Shown: one piece after another, positions 50,663 to 62,438 of the stretch
How the letters are laid out: each line of letters begins with the position of its first letter
How positions within the stretch are numbered: position 1 is the stretch's first letter
Virus record (IMG/VR): IMGVR_UViG_3300045988_174698
DNA from: a virus
Length of the DNA stretch: 64,000 nt
Strand: one strand, 5' to 3'
The notes under the pieces: model-generated
What the model was told of the DNA's origin: nothing
Database searches by the model: none
What the model saw: only the letters and a program-made list of their open reading frames with translations
Translations under genes and position numbers: made by a program

Positions 50663-50925
50663 TATACCTCATCATATGTAATTCTAAATATTTCAGGTTT
50701 GCAAGGATAAAATTCATTCCTAACTCCTCTGATAATATAATCTCCAACTGAAGCTTTCATTATACCTTCAAGAGTTGGAATTCCAAGCGAATAATCATTT
50801 TCTTCTTGTGTATTGTTATAACGCAAAAGTTGATTTCCGACAAACTCTTCAACTTCTTCAACATTATTTCCAATATACTGAATAGCCTCTATTTCTACAG
50901 GTTTTTTTCTATATTTCTTTATCAT
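50662..50925 (-). CDS. hypothetical protein (87 aa)
   Basis: Track ORF. Confidence 0.4.
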   Translation of the reverse strand: MIKKYRKKPVEIEAIQYIGNNVEEVEEFVGNQLLRYNNTQEENDYSLGIPTLEGIMKASVGDYIIRGVRNEFYPCKPEIFRITYDEV

Positions 50926-51115
50926 TTATAACGGTATATATTTTATTAAAATCATCTTCATTAATCCAAAATCTGTATCCGTTCCAGTTGCAATAAAAAC
51001 CATTTACTCTTTTATTCTCAGTATGCTGAACTTGCATTTTTAATATTTGATGATTATAATCAAATTTTGTCATTGGCTGAACTTCAACTTCGAGGTTTTT
51101 AACTTTTGCTTTCAT
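50909..51115 (-). CDS. hypothetical protein (68 aa)
   Basis: Track ORF. Confidence 0.35.
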   Translation of the reverse strand: MKAKVKNLEVEVQPMTKFDYNHQILKMQVQHTENKRVNGFYCNWNGYRFWINEDDFNKIYTVINDKEI

Positions 51116-51390
51116 TAAAACAAACTGCTAATCATCACACTTAAATATAACAAGTTATCTTGTAAAGCTATATTATTAAGCTCACATAGATTGTTATATA
51201 TCTTTATATAAAGTTTACAAATATTTAACATTTTCCTATTAATTTTAACCAATCTTCCTCTACAAAGTAAGACATTCAACCATATTGATCTAATCAACTC
51301 TCTTCATTAATAAGACAGGCATGTTCATTAAAGTCAGGATGTTCCATTAACTCCTGAGTATACGGTCATTCTACAATTACATATTTCACA

Positions 51391-51837
51391 TTATAGCTCA
51401 TCTAATTCTGTTTGTAACATTTCAGGATAATATTTCCGATAAAACATTCGAATTGTATCTTCTCCTACCTGTAAATCCCTATTTTTATCCCTTTTAATAG
51501 CTTCATAGTATGGGATAACTATTTCCTTATATTGAATATTTGCATTGAATTTAGACGCTATTTCTTCCCATTTAGCCTTAGTTTTAGGATTAAGATTAGT
51601 GGCATCAATAACTACATTATATCCATTAGTTAAAGCCTCTTCAATCATTAGTTTTTCATAGATACTAATTAACTTTTCTCTAGAAGGTACCCAATAATCT
51701 CCACACATTAATCTAATATCATCCCGATTTATTCTAATCCAAGTACTCTTATCTTTCACAAATTCTTTTGCAAAATAGGTTTTACCAGATGCTGGAGGTC
51801 CAACAAGTACTAATAATATCTTATTCTCGTCTTTCAT
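51391..51837 (-). CDS. P-loop kinase, polynucleotide-kinase (Pnk kinase domain/AAA_33)-like
   Basis: LVLVGPPASGKTYFAKEF Walker A and a downstream RINRDDIR motif. 148 aa. Confidence 0.55.
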   Translation of the reverse strand: MKDENKILLVLVGPPASGKTYFAKEFVKDKSTWIRINRDDIRLMCGDYWVPSREKLISIYEKLMIEEALTNGYNVVIDATNLNPKTKAKWEEIASKFNANIQYKEIVIPYYEAIKRDKNRDLQVGEDTIRMFYRKYYPEMLQTELDEL

Positions 51838-52330
51838 TACACTCTTTCCACATTTTGTATATAGGCTCAGAAATCGTTATAAAATCTTTAAGAGGATTAA
51901 CAATTTTTCCTTTGAAAACGTCAATTCTATTTACTTTAGATTCTTTGATAATCTGAATTCCCCATAAACATTCTCTGGTAATATCCATATCTATATTAGG
52001 TAAATCCTTATTTATACCTTGTAAATAAGTTACCCTGGCAATAATATATCTTCTAAGTTTAATAATATCAGGTTTTTCATAAATATTTACATATTCTTTA
52101 ATCTTACCTGATTTAGAAAGAATAGAACATACATACGGTAACAAACTACCAGATTTCATTCTTAAAAATCAATCATCTAAGCTAAAGAATGTAACATTAT
52201 CATTTTTAGAAGTTATATTATCTCCAACAACAATATATTCATAACCTTCTTCATAAAAAGAACAAGGAATCTTATATATAAATTTGATATCCTTGTTCTC
52301 TTTTAGTTGCCTTATTTCTTCTTTAGTCAT
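51821..52330 (-). CDS. hypothetical protein (~169 aa)
   Basis: Track ORF 51821..52159 extended upstream through TGA to an ATG at 52328-52330. Confidence 0.4.
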
Positions 52331-52593
52331 TATACTAATGCATCAAATTCTCCAGGAACTGCTAAAATATCTTCAATATTCTTTTTAACATAATCCTCAA
52401 CCTTTATAGTTACTAAACCTACAACTTTTAATTTAATTTCATCTAGGATGAGGTAGGTAAAAATAATAGTATTACGGTTATCTATTCTTTTATATAGTGA
52501 TAAATAAACATTTGGTATATATTCTTTATTTTCATCTAACATAAGAGAAAATTCTATAGAGTAAACTTTATTTTTTCTTAGAATTATACTCAT
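52330..52593 (-). CDS. hypothetical protein (87 aa)
   Basis: Track ORF. Confidence 0.4.
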   Translation of the reverse strand: MSIILRKNKVYSIEFSLMLDENKEYIPNVYLSLYKRIDNRNTIIFTYLILDEIKLKVVGLVTIKVEDYVKKNIEDILAVPGEFDALV

Positions 52594-52777
52594 ATCTCTA
52601 TATCTAATATAACCTTCTTCAACAGTTCAGGTGTTTAAAATAGTAAGTATTTGTTCGTTTGTTAACATATTATTCATATATCTATAGTACTTTATTAAGT
52701 TCTTCGGCTCCATATTAAGAATACTACTAACTTAAGTTTATAAGCTTCAATTTTACCAGGATCCATTAACATCTTTA

Positions 52778-53686
52778 CTAGTACTTGATTTCATTTGATA
52801 CTACATCTTTTGGTACACATTTTTTACAATAAGGGCTAATCCAGCCTCTAGTTATATATTTAGCTTTGGCCCCACAACATATACATGTTCTTTCTGAAAG
52901 TTCTTCGTACGTATTAATGATAGGATATTCACAACCATTTGGAGAACCATTAGAATACCAAGCAAGCATCCCAAACTTCTCCTTAATCTGCATAATCCTA
53001 TACTTATATAGGTAATTATGCTTTTTGAGAACTTTCTTCAGATCCTTACACATCTGTATACCAAAAGCTTTCCTTCACCCAGTAGGCATATCATCTAGTT
53101 CTGTAGATGTAGGGATAAAACAGATTCTGTTTATAATATTATCCCAAATAAAAATAATAGAATTGTACACTTTCTTATAGAACTTATCTACGCAAATTTT
53201 GAGTGTTTTAAAAGCAAATCCATAATTATACTTTGTTATCTTATTTTTATGAACATGATATATAATATATGGATAATTAGTAAATATATTAGTAGAAGTA
53301 GTTATACCAGTAATAGTAAAGCCCTTTCCAACATGTTTCTGAAGATTAAATTCAAGCGGCGAATCAATGTATGTACTTTCAAATTTTAATATACCAGAAG
53401 GGGTTAAGTTAACATTGAAATTATATTTACCAACATCTCTAATGATAGAATTAAATTCAGTGCATTCTTTAGGGTCTTTATAAAATTTATATGATAAATT
53501 AATTTCAGTATAAGCTTTTTTGTAATATTTATTACTTAATTTCACAAGCCAATTAGGACTTACTTGATGTTTGTCTGTAAATCTATTTCTAGGGTATAAA
53601 AAAGGAAATCTAATACACAAGTAGACACACTTAGGAATTCTAAGTATCCTATTTATTTTATATTTTAATCTATGAAGGTATTTCAT
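52778..53686 (-). CDS. hypothetical protein (~303 aa) with C-terminal Cys4 Zn-ribbon (CICCG...CKKC)
   Basis: Track ORFs 53075..53686 and 52778..53053 are in frame and joined by TGA at 53075. Confidence 0.5.
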
Positions 53687-54032
53687 CTACACATTTTTTA
53701 AAATCTAAAAACATCTTATTCTCCGAATGATTTTCAAGTAATTCATCTAATGATGATGCTACATCTGAAACTAATTCAGAATTAGGGTCAGAAAGGTAAT
53801 CATATAGCTCATTAAATGTAGAGAACTTGTTTTTATCTGAACCTATAGCATACAACCATATTAACTCAGAGTTGTATTCTCCAAAGTATAGTTCCAATAA
53901 AATACATACAGTACCACAAGCTAGTTGTTTTATTTCTATTAAATCTTTAGAGCACTTAGAATCTACAAACCGTGTTTTTTGAATGCATACTATTATAGCT
54001 AACAAATCTTCTCTGTTTAATTTATGTTTCAT
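53670..54032 (-). CDS. hypothetical protein (120 aa)
   Basis: Track ORF. Confidence 0.4.
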   Translation of the reverse strand: MKHKLNREDLLAIIVCIQKTRFVDSKCSKDLIEIKQLACGTVCILLELYFGEYNSELIWLYAIGSDKNKFSTFNELYDYLSDPNSELVSDVASSLDELLENHSENKMFLDFKKCVDEIPS

Positions 54033-54192
54033 TATATATCAATTTTATATTTTAAAGTCTTCATAATAAGTAGTTAGGAATAGGCTTATCTGCGGCAGTA
54101 TAATTAAAATATTTAATTATTACTAGCTTTATATCTGATTTCGTCCTTGCAGTATCTCTTAAATAAATTAGTATTAAGTATTATCATCCTTT

Positions 54193-55562
54193 TGATATAT
54201 AATTAAATCACTTGTAGTACGACTACAGGCTACATATTGTAACTGCCGAAGTTCTTCTTTATTTGTACATCTCCAGATATTCTCCATATCTATCATTACA
54301 ATAGAATATTGAGATGACTGTGATTTATGAGTTGATATACAATATCCATAATCTAGTGATTTACGTTTAATTATCCTATTATCGTATCTTATATCAAAAG
54401 TAGTTAAAAATGATTCTGATAAATCATAATATTTACGCCATAAAGCATTAACTCTTTTTTTATATACATTATTCTTATCAGCATTAACCGTAGATAACCT
54501 AAGTCATTCTAACCTATAAGCTAGATTATTAATATTTTTTTCTGAATTATCTTTAGATAATACTATTACTTTAAAAGTAGAATCATCTGATTTTAACCCT
54601 AATTCCCAAGCATTTAATTCTAAATACTTAGTTTTATTTACTGATGTTATAATATAATCACGAGAATTTTCTATTTTTAATCCTAAATAGTTAGTTGTGT
54701 CATAACCTGTTAGAACTTCTCCAACAACAAATTCTTCTTTATATCCTAAATATTCTCTAATTAATTTATTTAATGCTTTAATTCTATTATTAGTATAAGA
54801 AACTAATTTTATTAAATTAGAATCACTAAAATCTTTAGATATTTTAAATAAATAACTATACTTTTTAAGCATTTGTACAATATTGTTACATACTGTAATA
54901 TTAGAATAATCATCAGAAATGCTTTTAAATTTATATAATGGCTTTTCTCTTAAATAATTTAATACTTTAGATAAACAACTTTCTTTTTGTCTATATATCT
55001 TATTTAGATAAATTGTTCTATTACTAAATGCTTTAGAAGGTTTATTTTCTTTTACAGAATAAAGCTGTTTAGGATCTCCTACAAATACTATCTTTGATGA
55101 CTTATATTCTTTTAATAGTAAATCATATAGATCACTATTAATCATACTACACTCATCTACAATAAGAACATCATATTTATACACTTGATGTGATCTTTTG
55201 AAAGAAGTATCTAAAAATTTAAATTCTAATTGTGAAGCATCAAAATTTAATACATTTAAATTAGGTCTAAGATTTAGTAGAGAATGTATTGTTAAAGCTT
55301 CTCTTCCTTTCATTCCTTTTGATTCTAATACTAATTTTGCCTTATTTGTTGGAGCAATAAAAGCAGTCCAGTATCCGTTATCAGCTAATATGTCATATAA
55401 CATACTAGCAATCATACTTTTAGAAGTTCCCGCTGACCCAGTTAAACAAATGCAGTGTTCATCACTAGTTATAAAAGAAGTCAAATCGGATAATGCTTTT
55501 CTTTGAGCATCGTCCAATCTGACTTTGTATTCTTTTTCTAATTTATTTATATCATAATTCAT
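54193..55562 (-). CDS. Dda/RecD-like SF1B DNA helicase (~456 aa)
   Basis: Walker A LTGSAGTSKS, Walker B VLIVDECSM and motif III VFVGDPKQL. After an in-frame TGA at 54504, motif VI CISTHKSQSSQYSIV and YVACSRT. Confidence 0.75.
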
Positions 55563-56077
55563 TACTTACCTGTTGATCCAAATCCACCACGAGAATAGGA
55601 ATCTAAATTATCAACCCATTCAAACTTGATTTTAGAAGTAAATAACCACTTAATTTTTTGCCAAATAGTAGCCTTCTGACTTAGTTGAATTCTAAATTGA
55701 CAAATACGATCTCCCTTTTTAATAACAGTACGTTCTAAAGAAATTGCAGGAAATTTCCATTCATCATCATTTCCAGAGTAAGTATTATCGATAATTCCAA
55801 GGGAATTAGATTGAACTATTTTAAAATTCTTAAATGTACTGCTTCGAGGTACTATATGAGCCTCAAATCCTTTTGGAAGAATCATAGCAAATCCGAGTCG
55901 TATAAGACAACTATCAAACGACACATCTCTAAATCGCTTACCATTTAACTCATATTGTACCCCAGCTTGCGGTGCTACAAGTTCTATATCTTCGGCTGCA
56001 TGGAGATCAATCCAATCTCCTTTTTCAATAATTTCAAATTTACTCCCTTCAATAATTTCTTTAACTTTAATCCTCAT
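55562..56077 (-). CDS. dut: dUTP pyrophosphatase (trimeric dUTPase)
   Basis: All five dUTPase motifs: GDWIDLHAAED, IVPRSS, GIIDNTYSGND, GDRICQF and C-terminal RGGFGSTGK. Confidence 0.85.
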   Translation of the reverse strand: MRIKVKEIIEGSKFEIIEKGDWIDLHAAEDIELVAPQAGVQYELNGKRFRDVSFDSCLIRLGFAMILPKGFEAHIVPRSSTFKNFKIVQSNSLGIIDNTYSGNDDEWKFPAISLERTVIKKGDRICQFRIQLSQKATIWQKIKWLFTSKIKFEWVDNLDSYSRGGFGSTGK

Positions 56078-56438
56078 ATATATGTTTATTTAAATATTTA
56101 TTTACAACGGATAGTATTTCATGTAACGTATCCCACTCATCATCATTCAAATCAAGATATCTATCAGATACAAATTCTGCTATATAATCATCATTATATT
56201 CGTTATATCTGAAAATTAATATAGTATAACAATTTTCCTTTGACTTAAAACAGCTTTTGTGTACTCTGACAGAATGAGTTCCGTCTAAATAAAATTCACC
56301 TTGTTTTTCAAAATTTGACTCAGTGCCATAATAACTATTCGGATAATACTTTACAATTTCAAATGAAATATATTTAGGTAATTCTCCAATATATGTACAT
56401 GGTTTGAATTCTAAATTTTTTATTCTATATGTTTCCAT
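56067..56438 (-). CDS. hypothetical protein (123 aa)
   Basis: Track ORF. Confidence 0.4.
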   Translation of the reverse strand: METYRIKNLEFKPCTYIGELPKYISFEIVKYYPNSYYGTESNFEKQGEFYLDGTHSVRVHKSCFKSKENCYTILIFRYNEYNDDYIAEFVSDRYLDLNDDEWDTLHEILSVVNKYLNKHIYED

Positions 56439-56474
56439 ACTTATATCTTAAATAAAATATTAGTTACAACGACT

Positions 56475-57902
56475 TCAGCCGCAGGACATACAGCTTACAC
56501 ATCCTGAAGTAGCAACCAATGGTTCCCCACATTCTGGACATACGTTTTTATTATCATGATTGGCATTTATTGAAGGTTTTGTATCTGGAACACTAATCTG
56601 CTCTTTTTGAGGAATTTTTACATTATCTTTTATAGCTTCTGTAATTACTCTTGATATAATATCTGGGCATGACAAACCATCAATATTAATTTTTCTAGCC
56701 TTACATGTACTACAAGCAGGACAATTAATTCCTCTTATCTGATCAATTATCTCATCGACTTTAACACCACTTCTAAGATTAAGAGAAATTAATCTTGTTA
56801 CAGCATTCATGTTAGCTTGACAGATACCACCTTTAGATGTATGTGTGAACACTTCTACAAGATTACCCTTATTATCCTTATTGCAAGTTATATATAATGT
56901 TCCACATGCACATTTTTTACAAAAAGTTGCACCATGTGTTGTACCAAGTGTTTTGCGTGAAACTGGTGCAATGGAATCAAATTTGAAAGATTGTTTTTCT
57001 TCTTCAACTTTAATAGATTCCCCCATAATAGCTGGTCTACTATTTTCCCTAAATATCGTTAACCCTTTTAAACCAGCTTTCCATCCAGCTAAATATAATT
57101 TTTCTACATATTCTTGTGATGTATCTTTCTTAAGATTAATTGTAGAACTTATTGCTGTATCAATATACTTTTGTAATGCTGCTTGAAGCTTTATACGATC
57201 ATATGAATCAATATCATATGCTGTTACAAGAATATCATCATCTATAGAAGAATTAGGAACAGAATCAAGATATTCTTTTACAATTTTAGCATAAACATCA
57301 TATACCTTTTCTTCTTTATTAAGAGATACTGTTTTTCTCTGAAATTTCTTCATAAACAGGGGTTCCAAACCGCCCGATACTCCAAGCATAGTTGAAATTG
57401 ACCCAGTTGGTGCTATCGAAAGTAGTGAACAGTTTCTAAGACCAAATTTTTTCATTTTTTCAAGTTCATCGCTTGAAAAGGCTTCTTTCATTATACTAGA
57501 TTCAAATACCTTGTCTGAATAGCCAGGAAATGTTCCAAGTTCTTTAGCAAGATCATATGAGGTAAATACAGAATTTCTGAAAATAAGTCTCATAATATTT
57601 TCTGCAAGTTTTATCGACTCTAGGCTTCCATATTTAATATTCAATTTTATAAACATATCATGAAGTCCCATAATTCCTATGCCAAGGTTTCGGTATTTAG
57701 CAATTTGTTCTTGTTGTTCCTTAAGAGGGTGGTTATGAAGATTTTCATCTATAATCCTATCCATTTCCCTAACAATAATCTTTATATCTGAAACTAGTTC
57801 AGAATAATTAACTGTTGCAAATTTTGTAAAAGGATCTTTTACATATTCAGATAGATTTATTGAGGATAAGTTACAGGACATATTTTTTGGCAAAGGTTGT
57901 TC
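56475..57902 (-). CDS. ribonucleotide reductase catalytic subunit (class II NrdJ-like, monomeric), exon 2 (from EQPL...CNLSSINL to a C-terminal Zn-ribbon)
   Basis: CNLSSINL, SLLSIAPTGSISTMLGVSGGLEP, GLKGLTIFR and C-terminal CPECG...CVSCMSC. No NrdB-like gene nearby. Total length 739 aa. Confidence 0.8.
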   Translation of the reverse strand, partial: EQPLPKNMSCNLSSINLSEYVKDPFTKFATVNYSELVSDIKIIVREMDRIIDENLHNHPLKEQQEQIAKYRNLGIGIMGLHDMFIKLNIKYGSLESIKLAENIMRLIFRNSVFTSYDLAKELGTFPGYSDKVFESSIMKEAFSSDELEKMKKFGLRNCSLLSIAPTGSISTMLGVSGGLEPLFMKKFQRKTVSLNKEEKVYDVYAKIVKEYLDSVPNSSIDDDILVTAYDIDSYDRIKLQAALQKYIDTAISSTINLKKDTSQEYVEKLYLAGWKAGLKGLTIFRENSRPAIMGESIKVEEEKQSFKFDSIAPVSRKTLGTTHGATFCKKCACGTLYITCNKDNKGNLVEVFTHTSKGGICQANMNAVTRLISLNLRSGVKVDEIIDQIRGINCPACSTCKARKINIDGLSCPDIISRVITEAIKDNVKIPQKEQISVPDTKPSINANHDNKNVCPECGEPLVATSGCVSCMSCG

Positions 57903-58208
57903 CTATATATTACCTATTTAGCTTTTTATCTAGATATTCTGGAAGTTTCCTTCATACTCTTTATTGCCATTAGAGATACGTCTGTCAATTCAGACCAGTT
58001 TAGCATATATTTTCACTATAAAGTGTTGGGCACTCTTGGTGGAATTATATTTATTCATCCACTATGCGTTACAATGTTTCATAGCCTATTCGTAATCTAT
58101 GAAATTATCTCGGTATTATCATGCAATAATTTGTTTAGACTTCACCGATTTTACCCAATTTTTTACATGAGGCAAACAATACAACTAACTGATAACCAGC
58201 CATTTACT
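57903..58208 (-). mobile_element. intervening sequence (306 nt, probable ORF-less self-splicing intron) within the RNR active-site loop
   Basis: Exon 1 ends ...NPCG at a U (GGU|). Exon 2 starts after a G with GAA CAA CCU UUG = EQPL, rebuilding the universal NPCGEQPL...CNL motif. The insert contains stop codons in all frames. Confidence 0.65.
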
Positions 58209-59000
58209 ACCACATGGATTACTAGTATCTATTTGATACTCAGTAATATACTCCATCAAATTATAATTTCTGAATCTATTCATAAACATGACTCCAGGCT
58301 CTGCATGTTCATATGCATTTTTCATCATAAGTTTATAAATTTCAATTGGAGTTATATCATAATCAGGATATCCCTTAAACTTAGATTTAATATGAAGGGT
58401 TATAACTTCTCCTGTCTCATAAAACTTATCTACGGCATTCATAAAGTTATCATCAACTTCCACAGAAAGGTTTGCATTATTGATCTTTCCAAGATTGCTT
58501 TTAATAGTTATGAAATCTTTTATTTGTGGATGATCTGCTGAAAGAGACATCATTAATGCGCCTTTACGTGATCCACCCTGAGAAACAGAAGCAGTTACAG
58601 TATTAAATATCTCCATAAATGGAACAATACCATCTGTTTCATATCCTGAAGAAAGTTTTGATCCTTTTGGACGAATATCAGATAAAGATAATCCTTGACC
58701 TCCCTGAGCTTTGAACGTTAATCCTATATTTTTTGCCGTTTGAAGAATATCATCAAGATTATCTGCAATTTTACCAGACGAGTAGCAATTTGAGTACGAA
58801 GCCTGTCTGTCTGTTTGTCTGTTTGATAGAGTTCTTCCTCCAAATAAGAACTTTTTAGCAACAATTAACTTTCTTAGTTCTTCATTTCCACCACTAACTC
58901 TATCAAACCACTCGTCTAAAGACTCATTATTATATCTATACTTTTTATTTCAAATATCAATTCCTAATTGATCATTATTAAGCCATTCTTCAACAGTCAT
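58209..59000 (-). CDS. ribonucleotide reductase, exon 1 (264 aa; GGSRKGALM and NPCG motifs)
   Basis: Track ORF 58185..58616 extended in frame upstream to ATG 58998-59000. Sequence ...YETDGIVPFMEIFNTVTASVSQGGSRKGA... matches the RNR consensus. Confidence 0.8.
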
Positions 59001-59023
59001 ATATTATATACTTAATTAATAAT

Positions 59024-59596
59024 TTATTCAAACTCTCTATTTTTTCTTTTACTTATTCTCACATCTGCTTCATCTACTCCAAACACAATATACTGACCTA
59101 ATTGAGTTCGTACTGAAGGAGTATATTCCATCTCAAAATCAATATCACTAGAATAGTACACTGTTTTCCCATATATATTCTCTTGACACTTCTTTATTAG
59201 TTCTTTTGATAACTCTATTGCTTCTGTTTTATTACTAGCAGTTCCTAAGAGTTGATTATCTTTTTGAGTTCGAATTTCTATAACCCGCTTAAGTTTACAA
59301 CGACCTTTTCTACGGACACTGTTAATTTTAAAAGGATTTTTTCTAGTATCTTCAACTCCAGAAGTAACGGTAATAATTATACCTGCTCCTTTAAAATCAA
59401 ACATACCCTTTTCCTCTAAAAAATCTGCGGCGTATATATTTAAGTCTTTCGTAAGTATAGGAGAGCCTGCTTTCTTCCAATTTTTTGTAGCATCTTGTAC
59501 TACGGTAATACCTGCTTGAAAAGCTATAAGTTTTGCCTCCTCTAAGGAGTGAGCTTGAATTTCTATCTTCTGCATACTAAACAAATATAATATCAT
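59024..59596 (-). CDS. hypothetical protein (190 aa)
   Basis: Track ORF. Confidence 0.45.
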   Translation of the reverse strand: MILYLFSMQKIEIQAHSLEEAKLIAFQAGITVVQDATKNWKKAGSPILTKDLNIYAADFLEEKGMFDFKGAGIIITVTSGVEDTRKNPFKINSVRRKGRCKLKRVIEIRTQKDNQLLGTASNKTEAIELSKELIKKCQENIYGKTVYYSSDIDFEMEYTPSVRTQLGQYIVFGVDEADVRISKRKNREFE

Positions 59597-60617
59597 CGGA
59601 ATAATAATTCATCTCACAATATGCAACCATCTTAAGAAGTTTACAAAATTCTTTACGCCCTTGTTCTAGTACCTCCTTGTTAATTGGGTATACTCCAACA
59701 CTATTAGTAGATGTAGTTTCAACAACAATAACATTACATTTTACAGTTCATTCTTCTGAATTGTATCCATACTTTTTTTCACAATATCTAAGTAGAACTC
59801 AAATATAATATGCGAATTGTCTTGAATAAGAAAATATTTCAAATGATCCACCAGGTTCCATAAATTGATATAATAAATGACCTGTTGTTTTTAAATCATT
59901 TAAGGTGATAATTTTATTTTCAAGATCAATTGTTCAATTATCAGCTTTCATTTTAAGCTTAAGAGTATGTTGATTACCATTATAAGATGCGTTTATATCA
60001 ATAAAGAATGCTTCCTCATTATATGTTTCAATAGCATCTCCAAAGATATCAGTAGGATATAATAGATTATTTACTTGTCTATTAGAATTAAGATTATTAA
60101 TACACTTTTCTACTGTATCTCGATCCTTAGATGATAGAATAATAGTATTATTATCTGTTATAAGTTTAAGATTATAGTAATATCTAAACCCATCTTTAAT
60201 AATACTTTTTATTCTAGAAGGGGTTAAGCTTAATTCATAATAATGTATCTTTCCACAAGCTTCTACTATGGCACTATATATAGGTAGATTCTTTTTTCGT
60301 AGCTTAAATATTTCATCAATTACCAGTCCTAACTTAGCTGAGGGTTTACCTATGTCTGGGCCTAAAGTAAAGACATCTTTCTGGAGTAGTAGTTCATGGA
60401 TTGCACTGCCAATACTTAATGATATTGTGGTTTCTCCAGTAAATCCTTCTTTATATTTGCTTGGAGACCCATTTTGATTAGGATTAATCAACTTTAAACG
60501 AGAATTTGATATATAGTTGGTATATTTACTTGAAAAATATTCCTCATCAGACATTTTCTCACGACGGACACTTTCTAAATTAGGAGATAGTTTTATATCA
60601 TTTAAATTAACTGTCAT
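59577..60617 (-). CDS. putative PD-(D/E)xK-family nuclease/exonuclease (~346 aa)
   Basis: Track ORF 59934..60617 continued through three TGAs to TAG ~59577. Candidate motifs GSAIHELLLQ ... IDINASY ... LNDLKTTG (D/E-x-K). Confidence 0.4.
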
Positions 60618-60706
60618 AATGTTTTATAAAGTGGTACTTATTATTAGAAATACCCATAAGAACTTTGTTAGCTTCTTCTACTTTATATTGTGAAACTAAA
60701 TTATAT

Positions 60707-60952
60707 TTAACTTTCAAGTTTCCTTTTTGGTCTATCATCTTCTATCTTTGTATCTCCTGTTTTATTCATATTAACTAAAGCAGTTAAAAATAGCTCGCAT
60801 AGTCTCGCAGAAAGACCTAAATTTGCTTTTAAATCTGTGATTTTTGGTTCAAAGGAAGGTTTATAGTCCAAGTTTCCTTTATCGTCTAGACTAAAATCTA
60901 GAACGATTTTCTGTCCTGTGCTGTGAATAAATTCTACTTTACAAGTTTCCAT
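60707..60952 (-). CDS. hypothetical protein (81 aa)
   Basis: Track ORF. Confidence 0.4.
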   Translation of the reverse strand: METCKVEFIHSTGQKIVLDFSLDDKGNLDYKPSFEPKITDLKANLGLSARLCELFLTALVNMNKTGDTKIEDDRPKRKLES

Positions 60953-61358
60953 ATTTCTTAATTAATTCATAAAAAAAATCTTTCGGTATCATAACCACTT
61001 CTCCAACTGACCTAAATGTAGACTCTGTTGGTTTAATTTTTTTTCAAAAGATAACAAATGGTTTATCTTTAAAAGGACATGAGTTTAAAATTCCAAAATA
61101 ATCTGGAGTATTAATAGTTGCTTTTAACTGAGGATTAAAAAATAGTTTATTTTCAACATCAACTAAATCAACCTTTCTATCATCCATACTTTTACTTTCT
61201 GATCTAGAGGTAACAACACCTGTAAAACCAAGGTCTCGTAACTCTTTTGCTATCTGTACCTCATAAGCATTTCCTCTAGCTCTATTCCTCTTTAAATTTC
61301 TTGATTTCTTCTCTTTCCCCCTCTGATTTTCCTTTAATATATTCTTTTGCGCTTTCAA
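60939..61358 (-). CDS. Hjc-like Holliday-junction resolvase (PD-(D/E)xK), ~139 aa
   Basis: RGNAYEVQIAKELRDLGFTGVVTSRSESKSMDDRKVDLVDVEN resembles the archaeal Hjc core KGSxxERELVxxLxxxGFAVVRAxxSG...D(I/L)(I/V)A. Extended through TGA at 61044. Confidence 0.5.
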
Positions 61359-62319
61359 TTAGACTAACAGTTTTATCATGTTTATATTTGGCATAAAAGT
61401 CAGATATATCTTTAGCTTTATATTCTCAAGGTATTCATATTGGAATAACTTCAGGGAATTTCTTTTTAATAGATATCATTGCTCTCAATCCTGGACGATC
61501 ATTATCATATAATAAGATTATATGTTTAAATCTTTCTTTAAGACGATGATATTGAGCCTCAGATAAGAAACAATTTTCTGATATTGGGGCTATTGCGGGA
61601 ATTCCTAAATTATACAATGTCATTACATCTTTTAATGACTTAGTAACAACAAGATATTCTCCCATTTTTGGTAACATGTGAGATCCTTGTAGTCTTAGTG
61701 ATTTTCAATTAGATATAAATTTATATTTTCTATTATTAGGGAAATAAATCCGTCAACGTTCAATATCTTCTCTTATACCTCCATAATATCCAAATACTAA
61801 TTGTTTATCTTTAAACAAATGAAACAAATTATTATTAAGGAATACATTTTTACAAGAAAATACCTTGAACTTGTTTAGTGTTCGCAAATCAATACCAAAC
61901 TTAGCCCATCAATCTAACTCATATTGTTCGAAATCTTTTATTTCAACTTGAATAATAGCATCAGTAGTATCTTCAAGTTTTGTATTAGAATACTTAATCT
62001 CCTGCGGTATATTATTTTGTCTGGGAATTAAACCTATATCACTTGCAACTATGTTTAATGCCTTATAATACCCACAGCCATATTTATTCATAACCACATA
62101 TACTCAATCTCCGCAATAATTACTTCCAAAGTCTTTTATAATAATCCTACCCATGCGATTTTTATAATATGCTACAGTAGGTTTTGAATCGTTTCTTACT
62201 TTAGACCTAAAAAGACCCTTTTTTACAGGTTGCCCATAATAAGTATACATTAATGTTTCTTGAGAAACCTTAGATTCAATTAAATCTCTAGTTATAACAG
62301 CAGGAAACTTGTATTCCAT
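61276..62319 (-). CDS. DnaG-like DNA primase with TOPRIM domain (~347 aa)
   Basis: Track ORFs 62104..62319, 61909..62097 and 61435..61677 plus intervening pieces are in frame and joined by TGA. TOPRIM motif HIILLYDNDRPG. The Zn-finger region is degenerate. Confidence 0.7.
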
Positions 62320-62438
62320 ATCTTACCTCTTTATACATAAGTTTACGATTATTTATAATATAATGTACAAGCATACTTCTTTCAGTAACGAAGAAGATAT
62401 GCTTGTACATGCGTCATATAACTATAACTTATTTATTA

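Noticed and set aside
28673-58208. Inteins as an explanation for the split polymerase, RNR and ATPase
   Set aside because: The inserts are out of frame or stop-containing non-coding sequence with RNA-level boundary signatures (U at the 5' end, G at the 3' end, P7 motifs). They are not in-frame protein insertions with Hint/C-terminal Asn motifs.
58803-58825. Short tandem repeat ctgtctgtctgtttgtctgtttg
   Set aside because: It lies inside RNR exon 1 and simply encodes ...NRQTDRQA... on the minus strand, so it is not a regulatory repeat.
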